Source: Eledone cirrhosa
Taxonomy: Eukaryota
Direction: 5' to 3'
Assembly: GCA_964016885.1 (NCBI GenBank)
Contig: OZ024745.1
Span: 44,826,001-44,890,000 of the forward strand
DNA: 64,000 nt
Both the position numbers and the translations under genes were made by a program. Below are positions 48,118-59,495 of this stretch, piece after piece. Position 1 is the stretch's first letter, and the number at the start of each line of letters is the position of its first letter. The notes beneath the pieces were generated by a model. It searched no databases. It was given only the letters and a program-made list of their open reading frames with translations, and was not told where the DNA came from.

Positions 48118-48162
48118 AGCTGACAAGGCCTTGTTTCGCATTTATTGATGCTTATCAAAGCC
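48118..48162 (-). ncRNA. Type I hammerhead ribozyme, U3-A8 variant
   Basis: Minus strand GGCU-UUGAUAA-GCAU(caauaa)AUGC-GAAA-CAAGGCCUUG-UC-AGCU: palindromic stem III, GUC triplet. Confidence 0.75.
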
Positions 48163-48439
48163 AACTACTCTCCTGTTTGCTGAAAATTAAAGTAAGTGAG
48201 TCTGTCACTACTCTAAAAGAATAGCATAAGGTCTTTGAAATGCTTTTAATTAAGCATAAAGTGTATTGCAAAATACACTATATATACATTCATATATATA
48301 TATAGCTATTTCAGAGCACCAATTCTAATTTTCAATTTCTGCTTGACTGGCAACCGCTCTGTATAATCAGTTCCTGATTATTTACTAGAATTCTATAAGA
48401 ACCAAACATCCATGATTTCAGCAAACAGGAGGAGTAGTT

Positions 48440-48484
48440 GGCTTTGATAAGCATCAATAAATGCGAAACAAGACCTTGTCAGCT
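48440..48484 (+). ncRNA. Type I hammerhead ribozyme, U3-A8 variant
   Basis: GGCU-UUGAUAA-GCAU(caauaa)AUGC-GAAA-CAAGACCUUG-UC-AGCU; stem I is extended by UUUCAGCAAACAGG / CCUGUUUGCUGAAA. Confidence 0.72.
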
Positions 48485-48620
48485 TTATCTCCCCTGTTTG
48501 CTGAAAATTAAAGTAAGTGAGTCTGTCACTACTCTAAAACAATAGCATAAGGTCTTCGAAATGCTTTTAATTAAGCATACAGTGTATTGCAAAATACACT
48601 ATATATACATTTATATATAT

Positions 48621-48961
48621 GGAGGCACATGGCTTAGTGGTTAGAGCATTGGCCTTGCAATCGAAAGGTTGTTAGTTCAATTCTAAGACCGGGTGATGTG
48701 TTGTTTCCTTGAGCAAGACACTTTATTTCACATTGCTCCAGTTTACTCAGCTGTAGAAATGAGATGATAGGGACTGAGGTCCCTATCATTCCACTGCAAA
48801 GTGGTTGTGGAGGTGCCACGGCAAAAAAGCACCCAGCACTCACTGTAAATGAGGTTGGTGTTAGGAAGGGCATCCGGCTGTAGAAATCAAGCCAGAATCA
48901 GTTCCCGTCCCACCCTTGCAAGCAGGGAAAAAGTGGACGTAAAATGAAATGATGATGATGA

Positions 48962-48965
<4 letters not shown>
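48621..48965 (+). mobile_element. Full-length tRNA-derived CORE-like SINE family B with RTE-derived 3' tail
   Basis: A box TGGCTTAGTGG, B-box-like AGTTCAATTC and CORE-like TTCCTTGAGCAAGACACTT. The tail CCCACCCTTGCAAGCAGGGAA..GGACGTA..(GAT)n is shared with RTE2. Confidence 0.9.
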
Positions 48966-48997
<32 letters not shown>

Positions 48998-49080
48998 GGA
49001 ATAGATAGTACTGCTCAGCCGTTAATTTTCATAAGGAAAGTATATACTTTCGGACGTTCAACCATCTGGCAGAAAGGTAT

Positions 49081-49123
49081 ACGGTGCTGACGATAGCTAA
49101 TAAGCTTGAAACTAGTACATCGT
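49081..49123 (+). ncRNA. Minimal type I hammerhead ribozyme
   Basis: ACGGUG-CUGACGA-u AGCU aaua AGCU u-GAAA-CUAG-UA-CAUCGU: 6-bp stem I, canonical core, palindromic stem III, GUA triplet. Confidence 0.8.
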
Positions 49124-49351
49124 TCCTGTGTCAGTGTTGAACAAAAAGGTGACGTGGTTGCCTAAACACTGTACGGCGTAATTCAGGCTGTTTGTTTGTT
49201 TACAAACGAACAAACCGAGCATTATAATAAATGTTCGGTAAACTGATACGTGCATATATATATGTGTGCCTGTATGTATATATACATGCTACTGTACGTC
49301 TGTATACATACATACTTACATTTATATATATATATATATATGTATTAAGCG

Positions 49352-49730
49352 AAACCTACAGTCAGTAGGCACCTCTTAACCAAAAATACATCCCCATCCC
49401 ACTACCCCTACCCACACCCCCATCTAGACCACCCCTTTTGCTGTAAAGTTGTATTGGTACCACAACATCCAGTCCTAAATAAATGAGGTTGTGTAGGTGT
49501 CACGACAAAAAAAACACAGTCCACGCTGTAATGTGGCCGTGTAGGTAACATGGTAAAAACCTCACAGTCCACACTGTAAACGTGGTTGGTTTTAGGAAGG
49601 GCATCCAGCCGTAGAAAACCTGCCAGACAGTCCTACACGAGCAAGACAACCAATCTTGCCTCAAGTGGGACAATTCTCATCTAAACCCATGCTAGCGTAG
49701 AAGATAGATGTTAAACGATGATGATGATGA
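49352..49730 (+). mobile_element. RTE1-type 3' UTR copy (whole UTR) with (GAT)n tail
   Basis: Colinear with the reverse complement of 34375-34755. Confidence 0.85.
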
Positions 49731-50899
49731 TTAATCATCATCATCATACTGTATGTAAATGTATACACTTTTTCATGTGTAACATTCTAATTGAATATTA
49801 GTATCTGTTGTGTACTGTTTTATTTTTTTAATATATAATCTGATTACTTGCATAGATCACACTCCTCATTGTCTTCATCATTTTTATATTTAACTTTCTA
49901 TGTTGGTTGTGTTGTCAGGATCTGAGTCGGTTCTTATTCTACATTATTGCCCCACTAGATAGGTCAGAGAACCTGTTTTGATTATATATTCCATTTTAGC
50001 ATGGTTTTAATGACTAGATGCCCTCTATCACCAACCATTTTTCAGAGTGTACTGGGTGCATTTTATCATAACACCAGTACCAGAAAGGTTGTCTTGACTA
50101 ACAAGTCCTCTCTACCCTATATTGTCTCCAGTTAGTCATTTACCAATATCAGAGAGGTGTTCTTGTTTCCAACAAGACTAGAGAGAGTCCCCTCTTCCCT
50201 GTATTATCTCTGCTTGTTCATTCCTTTCCTACACATTGTTTACTAGAAATTGATGTTATACATTGAACATGTTATGAAATATATTTATGTATGCCAGTGC
50301 ACATTCCAATGTACACTCAGGCATACATATAATCAACTGGACCTGTGTCAGCAATAATGATGGCAGAAGCATTGAACCTTCTTAATTTTCGGAGTCCACA
50401 ATTGGTATGCCATCATCATCATCATCATCATCATTTTACGTCCGCTTTTCCCTGCTTGCAAGGGTGGGACGGGTCTTATTATGCCATAGATACCATAATT
50501 GCCATTATACAAACAATCATACATCATCATCACTGTTTAGCGTCCATTTTTCCATGATTGCATGGGTTAGATTGGTCCACGTTGGGAGACAAGTCTGGCC
50601 AGAATTGGCCACGCCGTACTTTGCTCAGACGAGGACTGTAAATTTGGCCAGGGATGTTACAGCTTTGAAATTTGTGTTTTGATAAATTAATGGTTTGCAT
50701 AAGAGAAATCCTCTAGTTTTTGTTGATTACTGACATGTGGAAGGGATTAAAGATATGAATAATATTCTAATAGTTTATTTCTAGGATATAATTACATAAA
50801 TATTCAGCATATATATACAAATGAAATTCATGATTCTTTTTTCTTGTCCTGTCCACAAGGGTATCAGTTACAAAGCTTGGCTAGATGTGGTTCTGCCAC

Positions 50900-51045
50900 A
50901 GCTGAATATATATAGCTCTCCTTTCTCATTAAACTCTGCTAAGTTCAATGCTGTGCAGAGGTGTTCCAGCAGGAGGCACATCAGGAGGTGCTGCATAGTC
51001 TGTGGTTCGATGCCGCAGTCACACACAACATTGACTTTTGCACAT
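50900..51045 (-). pseudogene. Non-LTR retrotransposon C-terminal CCHC fragment
   Basis: VVCDCGIEPQTMQHLLMCLLLEHLCTALNLAEFN fits the C.CG...QT..HLL.C motif. Confidence 0.55.
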
Positions 51046-51193
51046 TTAAGATTATATGTATGTATAACTGTAGCAATCACTATTTTCAAGGACAAATGTA
51101 GAGTTAGATGTAAGGACCATGTGACTGAAAAGTGAACCTCTCATTGTAGAAACATAACAGAGATAGGAAATGCATTGCATGTATGTGTTTATT

Positions 51194-51533
51194 CATTTCA
51201 TCATCATTTCATCTTACGTCCGCTTTTCCCTGCTTGCAAGGGTGGGACGGGAACTGATTCTGGCTTGATTTCTACAGCTGGATGCCCTTCCTAACACCAA
51301 CCTCATTTACAGTGAGTGCTGGGTGCTTTTTTGCCGTGGCGCCTACATGTCCACTTTACAGTGGAATGATAGGGACCTCAGTCCTATCATCTCATTTCTA
51401 CAGCTGAGTAAACTGGAGCAATGTGAAATAAAGCGTCTTGCTCAAGGAAACAACACATCACCCGGTTTGAGAATTGAACTCACAACATTTCGATTGCAAG
51501 CCCAATGCTCTAACCACTAAGCCATGTGCCTCC
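51194..51533 (-). mobile_element. SINE family B, full length
   Basis: Reverse complement of 48621-48965; candidate TSD TGTRTGTGTTTATT on both sides. Confidence 0.9.
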
Positions 51534-51843
51534 ATTTGTGTGTGTTTATTTTAAAATGGTACAGACGGAGGCATATATAAATATACAAACACACGTGACA
51601 TATTATGGTTGATACTGTTTCTTACTAAAACTTTCCATTTTGCTGTTAACTACTTAGTCTATTTTGCCCACTCCTGCTTTAATGTAGTTAGTACTTTAAT
51701 AATAATTATAGTGATAGTATTTATAGTGGCAATGTTGATGCTGGTAGCATTCATAATGGTTGTGCTTGAGATTCTGATCTTTCAAAATATCAATTTAGAA
51801 GTGTCTGATAGCAATAATTTGATTACACATATGCGTGTATGTG

Positions 51844-51874
<31 letters not shown>

Positions 51875-51943
51875 GATGTTATATACATATGTGTGTATAT
51901 ATATCATCATCAATAATTATATATACACGTGTGTGTATATATA

Positions 51944-52133
51944 ATGATTGTTTCTACGTTAAGCACAAGGCTAGCAATTACCCAGTGCATTACTGGTACT
52001 TTATTTTATCGACCCCGTAAGGATGAAAGTCAAAGTTAACCTTGGCGGGGTTTGAACTCAGAATGGCAAGGGCCATAACTCTATGCGTCAAAGCATGGCG
52101 TCCGACCCTCTACCGATACTGCCAATCCACCGC
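51944..52133 (-). mobile_element. SINE family A
   Basis: Reverse complement of 12050-12233. Confidence 0.85.
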
Positions 52134-53765
52134 GCTATATTATACATTATATATACACACCCGTGTGTATATATAATGATGATGATAATATATACGTGTG
52201 TGTGTGTGTGTTTATTCTTAGTTTGTTTATATGTATGTATGTATGTATGTATTTATGTTCACACATATATACAGGGTGACCAAATAATTTTCTTGGATTC
52301 ATTTTTAAATAAATAAATATGTGTTTATTGAAGTGCATACTTGTACACTTACAGGTGCATTCCGATACATATGCAATGTAGTAGGTGTAGAAGTAAGTTG
52401 CATCAAAGTAAGTTAATACTAGTGGAAGAAATACTTTAAGGTTATCAGGTAGCAATGGTGTTGTGTGAAGTCACTTAACCAGTCAGTTCACACAGAGTAC
52501 TATCACCTTCCACTTCCAACTCTCTTGATTGACATATCAACAGTCTTCAGTAAACATTGACAACTAAATAAAGCTATATGTTTAAGGGGCTCAGTTCAGT
52601 TCTTATCATAGCAGATTTTTGGAAATAATTGAATTGAATAGGAAAACATGAGGGATTATAGGAAGCTATTTATGGGGCAATAGTTAGTACTTCCTTTAGA
52701 TGTGTTACAGATAATTATGGGGGTAACATTTTAAAATTACTTTAAATCTGCATTTTCATTTCTTCAGTTAGATTGTTGGGCAAATTGAAACATTTACAGA
52801 AACTAATGTGTTTATAATTGAATAAATTCAAGTTTGTTAGTATATTTTATCATCATCATTCACTGTTTAACACCTATTTTTCATGCTTGCATAGGTTAAA
52901 TGACTGTCATGTACATGCTAAGGCCTGACCAGTCAGGTGAGAAGGTCCTGCTTGTACATTTTATTTTGGCTTTGTTTCTATGGCTGGAGGCTCTTCCTAA
53001 TGCCAACCACTTTACAGCATGTACTGGAAGAATGGTTTCTACAGCTGGATGCCCTTTCTAACATTGAGTGTTGTAGGGTTTGTTCTGATCACTTTTATGG
53101 TAATATATTTTGCATAACTATGATTACATCCTAAAGGCTGTATTTCCTTTTTAGTGTCAAGGAATATTTTATCTCTGAAAAATTGTTGATAAATTAGCCT
53201 CCATAGGTCACTTACTAGTATGCCCTCCTAGGTCACTTACTAGTGGTACTTCACCCTTGCAAACCATCTGACTATCTGGTACAAGAATATCTTAGTTAAA
53301 CTGCCTGCAAATAAACTTCATTCTATCAACTCTGGTTTGTCCCAAGCTTCAGTTATGTCCTTTCATACTTGTCTTCTGTACATTAATAAATTGTTGCTAT
53401 TTCTATTATGCTTACTAATGTAAGTAATATTAATTTATTTTTTATTATTAGAGGCTTATAGAAGTGGTAGAAATGTTCAATAACTTGACTAAATATCTTA
53501 TAAGCTAGTAAATTTAACAGCTTCATTAAAGTGTAGGACTATGCTAATTGAGATTTCTGCACATTGAGTTCAAAGCCTGCCAAGGTCAGCTGTCTTTCAG
53601 TCTTTTTTGGGTCAATAAAATAAGTTACCTGTCCACGATAGTGGATTAGAAGAATTGTTAAAACATTGAGTGAAATACTCTACAGTATTTCTTCCAATTC
53701 TTTGTGTTCTGAGTTCAAATCCTGCTGTAACCTACTTGAGTGGTTGACTTAATTTGTCACCTGAT

Positions 53766-53962
53766 TTAACTCTATATTACTATTGTATTTTCACAGTAAA
53801 AGCTTTAACTCACATAATTTCGAATCTGTGAGATTTTCATGGTATTTATTTTGAGAACAATACCTTAATGTCGGTATGAGTGGTTGGTTACTGTTTGTTT
53901 GAGCAGAAAGAGGTGAGAGAATTCCGGCCGGATACAGCTGGTTTAAAATGCTAAAGGGTTAA
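53766..53962. mobile_element. piggyBac-like MITE
   Basis: TTAA|CTCT...AAATGCTAAAGGG|TTAA; homologous to 7449-7674. Confidence 0.6.
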
Positions 53963-54639
53963 CATCACCACCTATTCCTTGATTGTCTTAGTAGAGTTCA
54001 TTCTATTGCAAGCATTCAGACCAGATCTCTGGTTTGAGGATACTTCAAATTTTATCCCCACCCTAAATAATGAAGGATCATGGGTACTGTTCTCTTTTCT
54101 CTTAAAAAAAAAATGAGAAAAGAAAAGAAAGATAGAAATATATCATTTTGTTCCTCTATGTTCTGTATTCAAATTTTCCTGAGGCTACTTTTTTCCTTTC
54201 CCTCCTCTGGGATTGATATATTAAGCAACGGGAGTTAATTCAATTGAGTATATTCTTCCATTACAAATGTATGGCTTTATGCCAAAATAAGAAATCATTA
54301 GTATTCTTATGTCAGTGAAGATTGTTTCTATAGATTCGTTTGTGCTACATACAAGGTGATACAATATATTTCACTTAACTGTAGTTCAACCAAATAAAAC
54401 AGAGGTTGGGAAGTTGTAGGCACATTTGACTCTTTAGCTTATCCCAAGTGGATCTCAGGCACTATGAAATGCTTGTTTGTTTATTTATTTATTAGAATCT
54501 TGTATTAAAATAAAAGTCATGTCTTATTGACCTGGATATTGAAGCACTTCAGATAAAATTTAGAAGCTAAATTGTCTCAGCAAATGTTAGTTAAATTCAT
54601 GTTTCCTTTTATGTATTTTTGTTTATAATAAATTATGTG

Positions 54640-54897
54640 GTTGTGTTGGTGACACGACAAAAAGCACCCAGTCCACACTGTAAAGTGGTCATGTCGGTGT
54701 TGCGATAAAAACCACCTAGTACACACTGTAAATGTGGATGGTGTTAGGAAGGGCATCAAAGTGTAGAAAGCAAGCCAAAAATCAGTTCTGTATGAGCAAG
54801 TCATGCTCACCTGATCTGGCTTGTCTCACGACGAGTCAATATGTCGAACCCATGCTAGCATGGAAAAATGGATGTTAAACAATAATGATGATGACGA
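54640..54897 (+). mobile_element. RTE 3'UTR-like or SINE 3' half with (GAT)n tail
   Basis: GGTGTTAGGAAGGGCATC...AACCCATGCTAGCATGGAAAA..GATGATG; related copy at 61355-61650. Confidence 0.7.
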
Positions 54898-54924
54898 TAT
54901 GTGATTAGTCTTAATTATTATTTT

Positions 54925-55171
54925 TTAACTCTTTCGATACCCAACCACCTGAATCCACACCTTCTTTTAAGATATTAAGCTCTTTATTTTAAAATGTTTG
55001 TTCTTATCATAGCTTTATGTAAGAACCTTTATTAAGTTGTTTCAAACACCAGACAATAATAATAAAGTTAGTTATATTACTAAGCCTTTTCAATTTTAAA
55101 AATTATTTTCCAAATGATTAAAAAATTTTAGGCAATGTCTTTCATGAGAAGTATGGTAACTAAAGGGTTAA
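54925..55171. mobile_element. TTAA-flanked MITE, second family
   Basis: TTAA|CTCTTTCGATACC ... GGTAACTAAAGGG|TTAA. Confidence 0.5.
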
Positions 55172-56510
55172 AACTAAAAATGATTCTTCATATTCTAAAG
55201 TTTTTCAATCATCACCATAGAGTAAACAAACAAAACAGTTTTAGTTTCTGCCAGAATCTAATGATATTGCAAGTGAGATGTGTTAATTGTCTGGACCATT
55301 ATTAGATTTATTTGTCTCATCTAACTATAAATAAGATGAAGTTAATCTTCAGATATTTCCTTCGCCATAATTGGTTGTAACAAAACCATTTATATTTACC
55401 ATTTAATTACCAACTTTTTCAACTTTTTGAGTGAAAGGGAGAAATGAGAGGTGTGATGTCATCTTTTCAAAAATACAAAGAAATGTAAGATATGTCAAGC
55501 CGCTTCAACTTGGAATTGAATTTGTATGGTCAATTTGGATTACTGAAAACTTATCACATATTTTGAAATCAATAATGACAATTTAATCTGTTCATTACCA
55601 TATTTCTAATAGAAGACATTTTCAATAGTTTGAAAATAATTTTCAAAATAAATAAAAATTTGGAAAGATTTAGTAACATAACTAACTTTCTCATTATTCA
55701 GCTGACACACCCCATTTGGAGCATAACTTATAAAAAGGTTTTTATATGAAATTATGATGGGAGGTCTTTCGATAAATATAAACATGTTCAAACAAATATT
55801 TTTTGTATTGTATTGAGAGGGTTACTGGCAATTGGTAATATCTGTTGACTCTTCTCTTGTTTCTCCCCAACTCTCTACCTATCTTCTCCCCCTCTCGCTC
55901 TTCCCCTCTCTCGCTATATATATATACCATCCTTCCCTTTCTTTTTCATACATGACACTGTAATTTGCATATAATCATTTTAGTTCTCTTCATTATGAAC
56001 CAACAATAAAGCAATATTCTATTTCAAGTACTATCCCATGTTATGTTGAATTACATATTTTAGTGTCATCTATCAAATATAGGTTTAGAAGTTATTTGGC
56101 TAGCTAAAGGATAACATTGATTTAACTGGTAGTATAGTTTGACAGCTGTAACTGTGATGAGGCCACAAGATTGTTGGTGCTCAATAACCCCAGGTTAGCT
56201 TTGCTCAGCTGGCCTATTGCACAACACTTGATAAACATACTTGTGTCCTAAGGGTGCTACCACTGTACACCATCTTTGATTGCAGGAGTTAATGTCTCAT
56301 CAAGGGGTGATGTAACTCTGTATGTGTTTTGGCCCTTTCCATCACAACATCAAAGCTACTTGGGACCACTCACTGATGTAGGTGACAAAGCTCCTGTACA
56401 ACACAATTTTACATGAATCTGATGTTGGGGCTCCATCCACCTCAACATGTCAGAACAGTATGACATTCAATGTACAAAGATAGTTGAACAGCTGTCATCC
56501 ATAGATACAA

Positions 56511-58120
56511 TGTTCTAAATATACCATGTCCTCTACCTAGTAGAGGGATGTGATGTGTACTATACCATGTGGTAGTTTATTGTTCTAAATATACCATGTC
56601 CTCTACCTAGTAGAGGGATGTGATATGTACTATACCATGTGGTAGTTTATTGTTCTAAATATACCATGTCCTCTACCTAGTAGCGGGATGTGATATGTAC
56701 AATACCATGTGGTAGTTTATTGTTCTAAATATACCATGTCCTCTACCTAGTAGAGGGATGTGATATGTACTATACCATGTGGTAGTTTATTGTTCTAAAT
56801 ATACCATGTCCTCTACCTAGTAGAGGGATGTGATATGTACTATACCATGTGGTAGTTTATTGTTCTAAATATACCATGTCCTCTACCTAGTAGGGGATGT
56901 GATGTGTACTATACCATGTGGTAGTTTATTGTTCTAAATATACCATGTCCTCTACCTAGTAGAGGGATGTGATATGTACTATACCATGTGGTAGTTTATT
57001 GTTCTAAATATACCATGTCCTCTACCTAGTAGAGGGATGTGATATGTACTATACCATGTGGTAGTTTATTGTTCTAAATATACCATGTCCTCTACCTAGT
57101 AGGGGATGTGATGTGTACTATACCATGTGGTAGTTTATTGTTCTAAATATACCATGTCCTCTACCTAGTAGAGAGATGTGATATGTACTATACCATGTGG
57201 TAGTTTATTGTTCTAAATATACCATGTCCTCTACCTAGTAGAGGGATGTGATATGTACTATACCATGTGGTAGTTTATTGTTCTAAATATACCATGTCCT
57301 CTACTTAGTAGGGGATGTGATGTGTACTATACCATGTGGTAGTTTATTGTTCGAAATATACCATGTCCTCTACCTAGTAGAGGGATGTGATATGTACTAT
57401 ACCATGTGGTAGTTTATTGTTCTAAATATACCATGTCCTCTACCTAGTAGGGGATGTGATGTGTACTATACCATGTGGTAGTTTATTGTTCTAAATATAC
57501 CATGTCCTCTACCTAGTAGAGGGATGTGATATGTACTATACCATGTGGTAGTTTATTGTTCTAAATATACCATGTCCTCTACCTAGTAGAGGGATGTGAT
57601 GTGTACTATACCATGTGGTAGTTTATTGTTCTAAATATACCATGTCCTCTACCTAGTAGAGGGATGTGATGTGTACTATACCATGTGGTAGTTTATTGTT
57701 CTAAATATACCATGTCCTCTACCTAGTAGAGGGATGTGATATGTACTATACCATGTGGTAGTTTATTGTTCTAAATATACCATGTCCTCTACCCAGTAGA
57801 GGGATGTGATATGTACTATAACATGTGGTAGTTTATTGTTATAAATACGCCATGTTTTCTCTTTTAAAGAGAGCCTTGTAGTGTACTCTGACATGTGGTA
57901 GTTTAGTATTAGAAGAATACCATAGCCTCAACCTAGTTGAGGACCATGTGGTGTACTTTATATAACATGTGGTAGTTTAGTGTTAGAAATACACCATCAC
58001 TTCTACCGAGTTAAGGATCATGCAGTGTACTATAACATGTGGTAATTTACAATGTTATAAGTATACCATGGCCTTAACTTAGTTGAGGACTATATGATGC
58101 ACTTTGGCATGTGGTAGTTT
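56511..58120. repeat. 70-bp tandem satellite: ~19 homogeneous copies to ~57850, then diverged copies
   Basis: Unit TGTTCTAAATATACCATGTCCTCTACCTAGTAGAGGGATGTGATRTGTACTATACCATGTGGTAGTTTAT, period 70 (69 in a deletion variant). Confidence 0.96.
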
Positions 58121-59284
58121 GCATTTTTCAACTGTCTACTGATTTTGTATACCAAGGTTAGCTGTGCTTGAGGAGACTGGTCAAAAACACTCAAGCTGCA
58201 ACCAACCTTGTCTTTTTTTCCAGAAGTGTACCCTGGACACTACAGCATCTAATTAATGTTTTTATGATTATCCCATTTCTAACAAAAATACTCTCTATTT
58301 CAATTAATTAATGATGCATTTGGAGGGATTTATCAAAAATTAATATTTCATTATCAAGATGGTATCTTTAATGTAAAATATTCTTGTATATAATTATGTT
58401 ACAAGGTTTTAATTCAAATAGGAGACCTTTAAAATAGGTGGTTTTGTTTCATAGAACCAAAGGTGGTTTTGGGTGGGTTGGTATGAAAAGGGTTTAAAAA
58501 GCACATGATGTGGTTTGAAGGAGATTTGATTGCTGTTTCTGGCAGGTCGAGCAACCACACAAAGACACTTTATTTTAGCTCAGCTGTACAACATTAAGTT
58601 CTATTGGTGGTCATTGTGCAGGTTAGTGAGGTGGACTTGTTCAGAGTGCAACAGTTGATTCTTGATGTGATGTTATTGTATTATATATAAACTTGTCAGG
58701 TTGAGAGTCTGAAGTGTTTTGTATTGTTTCTGAGGGAAGGTGTTGAGTATTTTGTTAAAATTGATTGAACACTTTTGGCTGAAACAACAACTACAGCACA
58801 CTCACAAACATGCACACACATACACAAGCACAGACACAAGCACAGACACAAGCACAGACACACACACTCACATACACACCCACCACACCCACACACCCAC
58901 CACACCCACACACCCTCACACCCACACAAGCACACAGACACACGAAACACTCACACACAGACAGACATACACACCACACACACAAGTGCATTGGATATGT
59001 GATTTTTTTTTTGGGTCATATTCAGCATAATTCTGTATACCCTACTATGCAGTGTATGGCCATGATACAGCTACAGTGAAGCTGTCATGGCTGGCGTGTT
59101 GTGTCATGTCTAGAGGATTTGGTGATTTACAATTTACTGTGAAAGCAGACATGTTGAATTTTGTTTAAGGCAGATTCAATTACCTGCAATTTGTTTGCAT
59201 CTCATACCATAATGTTTTTGGTCTTGGGAGGTAATTGACTTTAATCTTTATTTTGGTGGATATGTATTATTAGACTAAATCAGG

Positions 59285-59495
59285 GCAGGGGATTGGCAGT
59301 ATCAGTAGGATCTTGAACAACATGCTTTGTAGCATAGAGTTACGGCCCTTTATATTCTGTGTTCAAATCCCACCAAGGTTAGCTTTGCCTTTGATCATTA
59401 TGTGGTTGATAAAATAAAGTACTCTGTGGTCAATTTAATCAAATATCCTCTTCCCTTCAAATTGCTGGCTTTGTGCTAAAAGTAGAAACAATTAT
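59285..59495 (+). mobile_element. SINE family A, long variant, diverged
   Basis: TTGGCAGTATCAG...GTTCAAATCC...TTTGCCTTT...GATAAAATAAAGTAC...AGTAGAAACAATTAT. Confidence 0.75.

Larger units (their letters stand above)
47961..48620. mobile_element. Family Z HHR-containing non-coding element: inverted copy plus ~1.4 direct units (321-bp spacing); retrozyme-like or PLE pseudo-LTR-like
   Basis: Inverted repeat 47961-48331; direct repeat CTGAAAATTAAAGTAAG at 48180 and 48501; two HHR copies. Confidence 0.75.

Noticed and set aside
53170-53390. CR1/L2-like RT remnant (SINSGLSQASV...LLYIN); similar weak RTE-like remnants at 16200-16460 and 41100-41300
   Set aside because: Too degenerate to support without a homology search.
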